From the NCBI GenBank assembly GCA_013239625.1, contig MU053472.1, positions 2,639,822 through 2,703,821 on the forward strand: a DNA stretch of 64,000 bases. Reading direction: 5' to 3'. The translations under genes were made by a program, and so were the position numbers. The DNA is from Lama guanicoe. Lineage: Eukaryota. The notes below the pieces were generated by a model, which saw nothing but the letters and a program-made list of their open reading frames with translations, did not search any database and was not told the origin of the DNA. Below, in pieces: positions 23,576 through 36,210 of the stretch. Within the stretch, counting starts at the first letter, position 1, and each line of letters begins with the position of its first letter.

Positions 23576-26329
23576 ATGGGAGTTCTGATGGGCATCAACA
23601 TGTCCTACTTTAATGTACTGCTCAAATTTCCATAGTGAGTTCCACAGAGCTGTGCCCCATAAGGCACCCCTTTAAAAGACCAGGTTTTCATTGCCCTTCA
23701 TCGGCCATCATCTACAAGTTGGTAAATACCAAAACTTACAGGCTTTTATCATTGTTCAATTCTCCCGTCACTGCTAAGAAAACAGCATGCAATTCAGTCC
23801 ACCTACCTGATTTGTTTTTACTTTCTTTGATCAGAATGGTGGCCTTCCAAACAGGATGCTGTTTACCTTACAACTACCATCCACAAATCAAGCAGCTCTT
23901 TGCTGGTCAGCTGAGAGCTATTTATAGGGAACTGCCCAAGTGATGACAGAATCTGGTGGCTCCTCATATAGTTTCAAAGTTAATCCTAGGGGAAAAGAGG
24001 CTCCCTGCTTATGAGCACATGATCCCTGCATTCCACAGGTAGCAAGGTGTTGTGTAAACTACTTCCATTTTATGAAGGAACTCTTCCGGACATTGCCCAA
24101 CCCGGTAAGAGTGTCTTTTCAACAGCATCCAAGATACCGTAGGAATTTCAGATTTCAAGATTATTTTCTACTCTTTAGCCATAGGGGTAGTTTTAATTAA
24201 TGTCTGATAACAAGCTTGTAATTGCCCCTTAGATGGGAATTCTCTAGACTAAAATCCTCGTAGTCAGTGCTAGGAGGTGCTCACAGACTTGCAATAAACT
24301 CCAATCTATACTCTACACTGAGCTATTGTACAGAGACTTTGTATCGGCACTCCAGTTTGTGTTCTATACTGTTTGGACTCAGGTAGTCTTATTGGTATCC
24401 ATTTAGCATGTCCAAATAACACTGCCTGAAGAGCCGATATACATGTGTCGTGTTTTATAATACTAGGTAGGTGACATGTTCCCCAGTGAAACACAATGTT
24501 CATCCCCCTAATACAAGCAGGTAAAAGAAACCCAACAAAAAGCCTGTGCAAACATACCAATTCTCTTTCAAACTTTCACCTCAATCCTATTAACCCTTAC
24601 AATCCTCTGTAGCCTCCATCAACAGATTCTGCTTTTATAATACTAATTAGAAGAGGCATTCCCCAGACAAACATACTCATTCCCATTAACTATTCAGATA
24701 AAGGAGACACAATTTCTTTATATAAAACCTGTTTAAATATTCCAATTTTATAATCCTATCAACTCTTACATTTCTACAATCTCTCAATCTGATTGAAGTC
24801 CAGATTGGGGCTTTCTATACCACAGTTCATGGGGCTCTGATATAAAGGAGTTCCAGAAATATCTCTACCCCTTGACCACTTTATACACACAAATGCATAT
24901 GGCTTTGAGGGTCAGGCCAGAAGACCCTGGTCCCTTCATAAATCTTTACCTTGGAGAAGGTCAGGTAGGTTAATACCTGACCATCACCCCTGGCAAGTGT
25001 GGGTAGGGTTTCTCAAGGTAATATATGACTTCTGGATTTTTAAATTCTTCCAAACTAAATTAAATAGAGCAGACTTGTTTGGGGCCTTAAAATGTTGGGG
25101 GACTAGCAGTGGGTCCTACTGGTCCACCCAAGTTTGTATCAACACCTTCATTTCAACACCATCAATGTCTACCACATTTATCCCACTTCATATAAAGACT
25201 TCCACTCTACCCAAATAAGCCCTTCTGTCTCACTCCCATTTCCTTGTTAATTACTCTAATGATCTTGGTTTCAGTAAGACCCATACTCAAAAGCAGAGAT
25301 GGCAAACCTAACAGGACTTCTCAAGATAGTTTGATTTTGCAGCAGTAAGAGTTATATGGAGTGTCTATGTAACAGGGGCCTCCTTAATCACAGCATCTAC
25401 CATAACCTGAGTAATGGGCATATTCAGTGGGGGAACATCTCAGTCATCATAAAACCAGTCTCACATGGCTTGCATACAAAACATTAGCAGCTGCTTCATC
25501 TGGGGTGTTCTACTTGGTGACTACAGGGGGAGTTAGGTGGTCCCCCTTCTCAGGATAAACACACTTTACAATGGTTTTTGTCCAGTCCATGAGGCTGACT
25601 GTTCCTTCTCAAATAATCTCCTGTGTGTCTGGATCGTGTATAGCCATCTGTGATTGTTTAACAGTGAGCTCTGGGTCCTGTATCAACCCAAACAACTCTT
25701 TTACTCTGTAGCATTTAAAACCAAAGGTATTGCTAATTTAGTTATTCTCACAATCCATTTTAGTAAAGGTTCTACAGAAAGCTAATGATACTGATCTACA
25801 AAATGAGACAGTTCCTCCACACTAAATCCTTTGGTTTCAATAGTTTCTAAAACCCGCATGTAGACTACATTCTTGGCAACAGAGGTATTAGAGGCAATTT
25901 TTGTTGTTCTGGCATAATTTTTCCCTTTGAGGCTAGTGGCCAAAACTCAGATCAACCAAAATCTAAGTAAATCAACCCAAATCTGAGCAACAAGGCCTGA
26001 CCCAGCACTTTCTTCCATTTTGGCTATTACAGATAACAATAACCAGGGGATTATAAGGTTAGCATGCTTCTTATTATTTTGCATTTCCTTACATATCCAA
26101 TAAGCCAACTCCTTAGGAGTCAGGTGTACCATTTCTAAATCCCATGGGTAATTTTTAGTAACTGATTGCAGTGTAGCTGCAGTTTCATACCATGGGTTGA
26201 CTAGGTAGCCATATGGGGATTAAGAGGTTCCACATTCCCCATTTTTTTGGCTTTTCCTTTCATAAACCACATGTTTGCTTAAGCCAGGAGCCATTCTACA
26301 TTCTAGCAAATCCCATTTCTCTGACACCA
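23576..26329 (-). mobile_element. Degenerate ERVL-class internal region (gag/pro/pol remnant, MER21-int-like)
   Basis: Starts on the minus strand with TGGTGTCAGAGAAATGGGAT (26329 downward), resembling the tRNA-Leu primer-binding site of ERVL. Adjacent to an LTR-like segment; no intact ORF. Confidence 0.7.
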
Positions 26330-26530
26330 ACTAAAGGAAAACTGTTTCTCTACTACCCACAGAACACTTCTGACACAAAGCACGTTTTTTTTCACCAAAT
26401 CAGCTAATTTTTCAACTCTCTGGACACCAACTGGGTGTCCTATAACTTAATTCAATTCTACTTTGGGAAGTGTCAGATTCCACAGGTGTAAGATTCATAA
26501 GACTGCCCTTAATTTAGACACCAGTCACAA
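26330..26530 (-). mobile_element. Partial ERVL LTR (MER21-like)
   Basis: cagaacacttctgacac...ggacaccaactgggtgtcctata...ttcaattct resembles MER21-family LTRs and abuts the PBS. Confidence 0.65.
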
Positions 26531-29500
26531 TTATCAAAAATACCCCAAATTTGATGAAAGACATAAATTTACAAATCTACTGAAATTCAAGAAGCCTAGC
26601 AAATCTTAAACCGTATAAACTTATAGAAAACCACTCCCAAAGACATCATAATAAAACTGCTAGATATACAAATATAAAATCATTATTTTGTACACTAATA
26701 TAATGCTGTATGTCAATTATATCTCAATTTAAGAAAATGCTGGAAGCCCAAGGCAAAGAAAAATTCTTGACAGCAGCTAGAGGAAAATAATACACTACAT
26801 ATAGAGGAACAATGACTTGAATGACTGTGAATTTCTTATTAGAAATCCTGTGAAAAGCCAAAACAATTCTGTACCTAGAACTAGATGTCAATCAAAATAT
26901 CCTTCAATGATGAAGATAAAATAAAGACATTACCAGATGAATGGAAACAAAGAGAATACACTGCCAGCAGACCTGCCCTAACAGAAATCCTAAAAAAAGT
27001 TCTTCAGGACAAAGGGAAATGATACCAGAGAGAAACCTGGAACTTGAAGGATGAAATACAAGCATAAGAAATGTAAATATCTAGATAAATATGAAACACT
27101 CTTTTGATTTCCTTAAGTTCTTTAAAATCTCTATGACTGTTATAAGCAAAAATTATAACAGTTTGATACAATTTTCAAAGGATATAGATGTAACAAACAT
27201 GACAATTATAAGAGAAAAGAAGAAAACAAAGGGACCTACCCATATGGATGTAAGATTTTGACATTTTATAAAAGATTAGCTCCAAGTAGACTGTGAAAGG
27301 TTAGGGATGTATGTTATAATTCTTGGAGTAACCACTAAAGAACAATAAATCTCCAAGAAAATATACAAATGACCAACAAGCATATGAAAAGATGCTCAAC
27401 ATCACTAATCATCATGGAAATACAAATCAAAACCACAATGGTTACATGTCACATATCTCAACAGAGCTGGATAAAAGGAAACCACAATGAGGTCTCAATT
27501 CACATTCATCAGGACAGCTACTATAAAAGACAGAAAAAGAAAAAAGAAAAGAAAGGAAAAAAAAAGGAAAGAAGGAAGAGAAAAGCAAAGAATAGGTGTT
27601 GGTGAGGATGTGGAGAAATTAAAAACCCTTGTGCAGTGTTGGTGAGAATGTAAAATGATGCAGCTGTTATGGAAAACAGTATGGCAGTTCCTCAAAAAAT
27701 TAAAAATTGATACAGCAATTCCACTTTGGGTGTATATCCAAAAGAACTGAAAGCAGGATCTCAAAGAGATATTTGCATACCCATATTTACAGCAGATTAT
27801 TCATAATAGTCTAAAGGCAGAAGCAACCCAAGTGTCCATAGATAGATGAATGGATAAAATAATGCAATATATACAGTGGAATATTATTCAGCTTTAAAAA
27901 AGAAAGGAAATTCTGATACCTGCTATAAAATGGAAGAACTTTGGGGACATTATGCTAAGTGAAATAAGCCAGTCACAAAGACAAATACTGCATGATTCCA
28001 CTTACATGAGGTATCTAGAGTAGACAAATTCAGAGAAAGTAGAATGGTGTTTGTCAGGGGGTGGGAGAGAGAGAATGGGGGGTCGTTGCTTAATGGGTAT
28101 AGAGTTTCAGTTTTGCAAGATGAAAAGTTCTGGAGATTGGTTGCACAAGGTGAATACACTTAACAACACTGAACTGCACATTTAAAAATAGTTAAGAAAG
28201 TAAAGTTTATGTTACGTGTATTTTACTACAATTAAAAATAAGAAACTGAAAAAAAAATCTATAAAGAGAGCTAACCAAAAAACCAATAGATAAATTACAA
28301 CAGAATACTAAAAATACCCAAATAATCCAAAAGAAAAGCAGAAAAATGGAATAGAGAAACAAAAAAGACGAACAGAAAGCAAAATAAGAAAATGGTAACC
28401 TAATTCCAACTATATCAATAACTACACTAAATGTAAATGGTCTAAATACACCAATTAAAAGCAGAAATTGTCAAGCTGGATTTCTTTTTAAAGATTCAAT
28501 GAAAAGAAAAGCAGCAATCCACAGATAGGTTAAGAAAGGATGGAAAAAGACGTAACATGAAAACACTAATCAAAGAAGTGGAGTTGCTATGTATTACAAT
28601 GGATAAAGAGGAATATTACCACACTATTAAAGGGATCAAATTACCAAGAAGATATAAGAATTCTAATTGTGTATGGAACTAAAAACAGATCTTCAAAATA
28701 CATGAAGAAAAAACTGAAAGAACTGAAAGGATAAATAGACAAATTCATAATTATTCTTGGAGACTTCAGTACTTCTCTCAGCAATGGATAGAATAAGCAG
28801 ACAGAAAATCAGTGAAAAAATTGAGAAGACCTGAACAATACTATCCATCAACTTTGACCTCATAAGACATTTGTAGAACACTCTACCCAACAACAGCACA
28901 ATACAAACACTTTTCAAGTGCACCTGGAACATTCATCAAGACATATTCTAAGTCATAATACAAATTTCAAAGAATTGAAATCATAAGGAGCATGTTCTCT
29001 GAATATATCAGAATTAAATTAGAAATAAATAATAGAAAGATACCTGGAAAAGTCACAAATATTTTAAAATTAAACCACACACTTCTAAATATGGATCAAA
29101 GAAGAAGTCACAAGGAAAATTAGAAAATATTTTTGAACTGAGTTAAAATAAAAATACAACATATCAAAATTTATGAAATTCAATTAAAAAAGTGCTTAGA
29201 GGGAAATACATACAATTATATGCTTAAATTAGGAAAAAAAAAAGATCTTATTGATTTAACTTAAACTTTTCCTTTAGAAATCAGATAAAAAAGAGCAAAT
29301 TAAATCCAAAGCAAACCAAAGAAAATAATAAAGAGTAGAAATCATTAAAATTAAAAACAAGAAAACAACAGAGAAAAGTAAGTAAAACCAAAATAAATAA
29401 ATTTATTGAATATATCAATAAAATCTATAAACTTCTAGCCATACTGTCCAGGGGGAAAAAAAAAAACCAAGAAGACACATTACCAAAATTAAGAATGAAA

Positions 29501-30410
29501 GAGGTAGCATAATTACAGACACTACAGATATTTAAAAGATAATAAGGGAATATTATAAGCAATTTTATGCCAATTCATTCATAGGCATGAACTACAAAAG
29601 CTCACTCAAGAAGACGTATATAACTTGAATAATCCTATACTACGGAAATTAAATTTGTAGTTTAAAACCTTTCCATAAAGAAAATTCTAAGCCAAACGGC
29701 TTCACTGGCAAATTCTACCAAATTAAAGATTAAGAAATAATACTAATTCTATACAATCTTTCCTGAAAACAGAAAAGGAGGAGACATTTCCAATTCAGGC
29801 TGGCATGACCTTGTTATCAAAACCAGATAAAGATATTAGATGAAAGGCAGTATCTCCCATAAACATAGATGCAAAAATTCACCACAAAATATTAGTAAAT
29901 CATATTGTATTGTACAACATGGGGAATATAGCCAGTATTTTATAGTAACTATAAATGGAGTAAAACCTTTAAAAATTTGTGAATCAATATATTGTATACT
30001 TGTAACATATAATATTGTACATCAACTACACTTCAATTTAAAAAATATGATATTGTAAAATACATAAATTTAAAATGGAAGAAAAATAAAGATAAAAATA
30101 AAATCAAAACAAAATTCTTAGTAAACTAGAAGAAGAACTGAACTGATCTAACCTGAAAACATCTACAGAAGAAAAACTAGAGCTAACACTTATCAGTGAA
30201 AAACTGAAGATCTTCCCCCTAAAATCAGGAAAAAGGCAAGGATGTCTACTCTCACCATTCCTATTCAACATGTTAGTGGCATTTCCAGCCAAAATGATAA
30301 AGAAAAGGCATACAGACTGCAAAGGAAGAGACTATCTCTATTTGTAGATAATGCTAAGTACAAAATACCAACAAATCTAAAAAAAAAAGCTCCCAAATCT
30401 AATAAATGAG
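26531..30410 (+). mobile_element. Old L1 ORF1/ORF2 remnant with nested L1 3' ends (about 27345-28255 and 29905-30050)
   Basis: Decayed ORF1 end, EN start (taaatgtaaatggtctaaatacaccaattaaaag) and RT piece (caaggatgtctactctcacca). Nested piece encodes [13 protein letters not shown]. Confidence 0.75.
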
Positions 30411-30749
30411 AATGGGCAATGCCATTCAAAGCCACAGCTTTTACTTCAAATTTTTAATCTCCAGATCTTTACATCAAATTGCCAACTGGATATCTTCACC
30501 TGTATGTCCGAAGAACTCCTAAGACTGAGTACTTCCAAAGCTGAATTTATTGTTATCCTTCCAGACTTGGTCTTTAAAAAAATACATTTTCTATTCTCTT
30601 GTAATACAACCTATTACTTGTTCTAATATTTATACTTGTTCTAATACTTGTAGCTTTCCAATATTGATTTATCCATCAACCCAAGTTACAAAATGGAAAT
30701 TCATCTTAGATTTCTTCTTACCCACTCCACATCTACTTGGTCACCTAGG

Positions 30750-31190
30750 GTACCAATTAACTTTTGTTATGAAACCATCTGCTCCAAATCTGGAGGCTTA
30801 AAACAAAATATTATTTCTTGTGATTCTGTGGGTTGACTGGCTGATTCTTCTGGTCTGAACCATCTTAGTTGGGTTTGGATGGTCTAGGATGGCCTCATAC
30901 ATATGTTTGAGGCCTCAACTGGGAAGGCTGAGATGGTTGGGACACCTGGGGCCTCTCTCCAAGTGGTCCCTCATTTTCTAAGAGGTTAGCCCTAATCTGA
31001 TTACATGGTGATAGAAGAGTTGCCAGCAATAAAAGAGGAAGTCCCACTGTGTAAATATTTTTCAAGCCTCTGCTAAATTACAATTGCTTTCATCCCAGGG
31101 GTCAAAGAGAGGACTAACCAAGGGTACGGATACAGGTAGTCATGAAAACATAATTCAAAATGAGGGGCATAAAACTGTAAAGATCTACCA
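30750..31190. mobile_element. Old MaLR (MLT1-type) LTR within L2 debris
   Basis: ggcttaaaacaa...atttcttgtgattctgtgggttgactgg...ggatggcctca is typical of MLT1 LTRs. Confidence 0.55.
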
Positions 31191-31199
31191 CATTTAATT

Positions 31200-31915
31200 C
31201 TATCGATTTTATCTCCTCTCTCCAATCTCATTCTTCCTCTAGAATCCCAATTCACTAAGGAGTTCAAGACTTCTCAGGTTTTACCTCAACTACTTGTAAT
31301 AATCTCCCAATTGAGCTTGCATTGCTCTAAGTTATTAGCATGTGAATTTCCTGGAAAACAAAAATCTGGTCACATAACTCTCCTGCTTAAAACTCAATAG
31401 TTTCCCTCTGGCCACTAGAATAAACTAAAGAATAAATTCCTAAATGGGACCCATAAACTTTCATTTTCTAGCCCCTCTTTACTCTTACTCTTCCCTCATA
31501 AGCATCCTACTCTTTCAGAAACAAAGAACTAAGTCCTTCAAAGGGCTGTGGTATTTCAATACCATGACTTTACATATAATGTTGTTTCTATCTGGAATGT
31601 CCTATTACTACTTGTGTCCCAGCAAATTTCAACTTATTCTTCAAGATTCATCTCAAATGCCACAAATTTAAGGAAGCATTTCTTGCCTGTTGAAGTTAAA
31701 TGCTCCCACTTCTTGCTTCTACTGCATCTCACACAACCTTCAATTATAGTGTTTATTCCCATAACTGTAATTACTTGTTTGGAGTCCTGTCTACCCACTG
31801 ATTTCACTGTGGGATGGGGATTTATGTCTTTTTTAACGTCTAGCTCTCCAACAATCTATTACAATTCTTGGCACTTAGCAAGCGCTCAGAAAATGCTTTT
31901 TGGATTAATCAATTA
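31200..31915 (+). mobile_element. L2 3' fragment
   Basis: actctcctgcttaaaactc...tcaagattcatctcaaatgccac...ttggcacttagcaagcgctcagaaaatg. Confidence 0.6.
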
Positions 31916-32397
31916 CAATGTTCATTTCCAACATTCCAGATGACAGTAGAAAGAAAATTTATCAGATAAGTCTGTCACTGTCAAATCTTGTCATCAATTC
32001 AGTACTCTTCTTGAAATGTTACTTTTCAGTCAAGTTACCTGAGTGGAATGCAGTTCCAAGCGTGCTAATGAACTTACAATGTGAACTAATATACCTTCAA
32101 TGGATTATGAATGCGTTAAAATGAAAATCTAAACATTATATTAAGAATATAAATATGCTAAATTTATAAATATATTAAAATTATCAATGTACTAAAACAT
32201 ATTGATGTCCCATTGTGGAAGTAGCTGGATTATGTGAGATTGTATCTCTTTTTCTGTTTCCTAAATTCTCATAAATTTTAAAATTTAAAATAAAAACATC
32301 CATATAGTAGTTGGAATGATACAATATACTATACAAATAAGTCTCTCTGAAAAATTCACTACAGACCAGAGTTTGGCTTCAGCCTTTACTACAGACT

Positions 32398-32717
32398 GTA
32401 TGTTTGTGCCTCCCCAAATATTCATATGTTGAAATCCTAACCTCCAATGTGATACTGTAAGGAGACAGGGGTAGATGACTAGATTATTAGCACAGAGTTC
32501 TCAGGAAGATTAGTTCCTTTATAAAAGAGATTCCAAAAAGCTTCCCCCCTCCCTCCTACCACATGAGGCCCCAGCCAGACACATTTGTCTATGAACCAGG
32601 AAGCAGGAACTCACCAGACACCAAGTCTGCTGCCACCTTGATCTCAGACTTCCCACGCTCTTGAACTGTGAGAAATAAATTTGTTGTTTATAAGCCATCC
32701 ATCTATAGACTAAGACA
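32398..32717. mobile_element. MLT1-type MaLR solo LTR
   Basis: ttcatatgttgaaatcctaacctccaatgtgat...gccaccttgatctcagacttccc...aactgtgagaaataaatttgttgtttataagcca. Confidence 0.75.
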
Positions 32718-34128
32718 GACTTACTGACCTAGAAACCTAATTTGCTGGGGAGACGTACATTAATGGGGCTCATGGAGACTTATACCAAAAAAAAAAAAAA
32801 AAAAAGCCAGTATCTCAATTGACAGTGGGAAGCAGATCTAATACCGGTTGGTGGTATTGGGGGAGTGTCCTTCTAACCATGGGAAATGGTTTGCTAATAA
32901 AATTAATCTAATTTAACTACAGCCTCAAAATGGATAATTCAGGTTAAACAGTGGGTCCAGTTGTACTTAGATATGGGAAAAAATAAGGTCCAATTTCATA
33001 ATTAATGAGTTTCAAAAATCACACACCAGCAAACTAACTTGGGCAAAGTTGTTGTGAATGGCTTTAAATCAGGCAGTGACCAGTAAAAAGCACAAAGTAT
33101 CACTCTTTTCACTAGATATTCAACTCATGACATGTGTGTATATGTACGCATATTTACCCTGTCTAGTGAGGAAAGATTGCACCCGTCGCCCACGGCATGG
33201 AATATTTAATTTCAACATCTGTAGGAAGACTATAAAGAGTTATTTACTCCACGTTAATTTCAAGAAATAAAAGGTCAAAAACTTGAGGTTCAGAATGGAA
33301 AGGCTATCGGTGGTTGTGGGAGAAGGGGCAGATTCATGGAATACAAGTAATTATATTTTAGAATATACTTTGGCTGGGGATCAAAAGGCAAGGTTTCTTG
33401 TTTCTTTTGCTTAGTTTAAATTTTTCCTTAATAAACCTTTTCATTTTAGAACAGTTTTAGGTTAACAATTATAGCGAAGATAGTAAAGAGTTCCCCATAC
33501 CCCCATACAAGGCAGGGCTTTTAAACTAACTTCTACTTCCACCTCCACCTATACTATTCCATACTTGTCTCCGCTTCTGATCTCCTCAGGTTTCGGGAGG
33601 GCCTAGGACACCCTGTGCAACTTGAGAGCTGTCATGAAAACCCAGTTCTGTTAAAACTTCACCGCCCAGCCACAACTGGGTCAGCTGAGCTCGCGGAAAC
33701 CCGAAGGCTCCCGCCCCGCCCCGCCCCGCCCCGCTCTTTGGGAGACGCGCCAACCCCTCGCCGACGTGGCTCCTCCAGCTCCGGTCCCAAGCGCGACCAA
33801 AACACCCCAGAGGCCAGACGAGCCGGGGGCGGGACCGGGCCAGCCCCCAAGCTCAGGCTCCTCCCACGAGGGCAGGTTCCCGAAGCCAAAACATTTGTCA
33901 CCTCAAAACGTCCAGAGCTCCGACGCCTGGGGCGGATGACACAGTACGCGCATACGTGAGGGCGCCTCACTGCTTAACGCAGACGCCGCAGGCAGTTCTC
34001 AGGCTCAGCCCTCTCTCCTCCACAGCCAACACCCGCGGCGGCCTCCGCCCCCACCGGTCGTCGCAGCCCGTCCGTCGGCGCGTCGCGCGGGGGCGGAGCG
34101 CGCGCGAGGACGTGCGGGGAGCGCGCGC

Positions 34129-34186
34129 GCCGCCGCCACCAACGCCGCAACCGCCGCCGCCGCCGCCACCGCCGCCACCGCCGCCG
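34129..34186 (+). repeat. Interrupted (GCC/ACC)n trinucleotide repeat
   Basis: gccgccgccaccaacgccgcaaccgccgccgccgccgccaccgccgccaccgccgccg. Confidence 0.9.
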
Positions 34187-34189
34187 AGC

Positions 34190-34310
34190 TGGGCCGGAGT
34201 TGCCGGTTGTGGGGTTGAAAGTGATGGCCGTGACTCAAGGCCTAGAGGCGGCGTCTCCCGGTGTTCCTGCAGTCGCTGCACGAGCCTCGGTCCGCACGTC
34301 GTCATGAGAG
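34190..34310 (+). other. RNFT1: RNFT1 exon 1 (5' boundary approximate; no in-frame ATG here)
   Basis: 3' part reads PVFLQSLHEPRSARRHER, resembling the human N-terminus MPLFLLSLPTPPSASGHER (from memory). Donor GAG|gtcagg joins in frame to exon 2. Confidence 0.8.
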
Positions 34311-35603
34311 GTCAGGCCTAGGGGAAGCGGGCGGAGGCGGCGAGGGCCCGCGGCGAGTGGGCTCTGGGGAGAATAACTGAGGCACTCGAAGCTTGAACGT
34401 GGGTGGAAAACTGTCCTGGCGATTCTGGAAGAGTCGTTTGCGTTTACTTTTCTTCCCTTTCTTGCTCGTGCACGGAGGAAAGTGGGAGGGTTCTGCGTTT
34501 TTATTTAATGGAAAAAGGCGCTGAAACTGCCCCGTCCAACGTCCGTCTTTAGAGATTCGAGGAAATCAGTAGCGGTTGTGGCGTTGGAGCACCGGTGAAA
34601 GCCTTTAGTAAAAGGCACTAAAAACCAAACTGCCAAACAGTATAACTAAAAAAAAGAAAAACTCAAACCTAGGAATGAAGTAGAATGACACAGAACATGC
34701 CCTGAAGTTGACCCCAGCTTCCTCGTACAGACGCGGCAGCAAGTCTCTGGGATTTGTCAGCTGGTTTCGGACTCAGGCATCGTCGGTGGCTACTCAGGCT
34801 CGTCATTTAGGGCTCCTCCTCTGCCCCTGTTCTCTTTCCCCACACCGCCTCCCCTCATCCTTATTCATACTGAAGAGTCATCTAATAATTACATGGCGAC
34901 TCCCCAAGTCTCCTTATTTTACAGGTATTTAGGCAGCATTCTCTTGAGGGGAGGGAAGGTAATAGTCCTGGTATTAATTACTGGAAACCTTTTTATTAGC
35001 TTTGGGAAAGCTGTTTCCCAACTTGTAGGTCACCTAAGTGAAATGTTTTATTTAGTTCTCCATGATGGTACTTAATAAGGGGTTAAGATTTAATGTTTTT
35101 TTATCTTCCTAGCCTTTCCAACCATTAAAAATTACAGACTCACTCTTAGGAAGTGTAGAATCTGCATCAGAGATGAAACTGCTCCAGCTAAGCACAGAAA
35201 TCTACTAAAGTATTCAAGTAAGAATGAGTACATCTGGTAGGCACTGGTACTTTGACCGTTTTGCTACCGTTTTGCTGATTTCTTATGTCATTACAGAACT
35301 GGAGGCATCTAAATCTGAACTTGTTTTTGTAGCAGATGTTCCTTAAAAGATAGTCTGTGTAGGGCAGCAGAGCCTTCGTATAAAGGGTGAAGAGGGAGGA
35401 ATCTAATAACAGGTGATAGATAAGCTCAAAATAATGTATCTTCTGTGACTATCAGCCTCTCCTTTAGTGAATAAAGGATTCTTAGCGAGCAATATATTGC
35501 CTGCATTTAACTGTTCTTTTAGAATATTTTCTGCTCTTTGATTTTTAGGAGACAGAGCCCTAAAGCAAAGAAATCTGGATCACGGAAAAAGTATCCAAGG
35601 GTC

Positions 35604-36006
35604 ATGCAAGCCAACTGTAGCCAACTTCACAGCCCTTCAGGAGCTGCAGGCAGTGAGGATGCCTCAGCCTCCCAGTGTGTTCAAACAAGATTGACAGGAG
35701 AAGCTTCCTGTCTTTATTGTGGAGATGTTCATATCCAGATGAACTCCATGCTGAAAGAATGTGCTGAAAATACAAGCTCCGGAAATACAAGGTCAGGTGT
35801 CCATAGCTGTACCCATGGATGTGCACATAGTCGCTTCCGGAGTCACTCCCACAGTGAAGCAAGGCAGCCTGATGATACAAACACGGAGTCTGGAGATCAT
35901 GGTAGTAGCTCCTCCTCAGAATTCCGATATCTCTTCAAATGGTTGCAAAAAAGTATTCCATATATTTTGATTCTGGGTGTCAAACTTTTTATGCAGCATA
36001 TAACAG
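35604..36006 (+). CDS. RNFT1: RNFT1 exon 2 coding part (exon starts at 35549; ATG at 35604)
   Basis: MQANCSQLHSPSG...SEFRYLFKWLQKSIPYILILGVKLFMQHIT. Acceptor ttttag at 35548; donor G|gtagag. Confidence 0.93.
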
Positions 36007-36210
36007 GTAGAGTATAATAAAACATTGAATTGTTTCATTGCTAAATTCAGCTAATTTTCTTTCTTTATTGGTAATCTACTTTAACCTGTGTATTTCAGTT
36101 ACTTATTTTCTGTTAGCATTTAAAACTGTATTTGCTTCCTTTAAATTCATGTCATTATGTTACCTCTTTTTTTTTTTTCTTTCAATTAACTGGACCTTAT
36201 TTTCTAACAG

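Larger units (their letters stand above)
33690..34360. promoter_or_regulatory. CpG island / RNFT1 promoter and first exon
   Basis: Dense CpG and very GC-rich against an AT-rich background. Tandem GC boxes (CCCCG)4 at 33710-33734 and GGGGCGG at about 33825 and 34090. Confidence 0.92.

Noticed and set aside
33615..34321. Several overlapping 77-121 aa ORFs (poly-Pro/Gly/Ala)
   Set aside because: Expected stop-poor frames in a CpG island with a GCC repeat; no recognisable protein.
35538..35548. ORF-track start for RNFT1 at 35538
   Set aside because: It is a TTG in the intron polypyrimidine tract. The exon starts at 35549 and the first ATG is at 35604.
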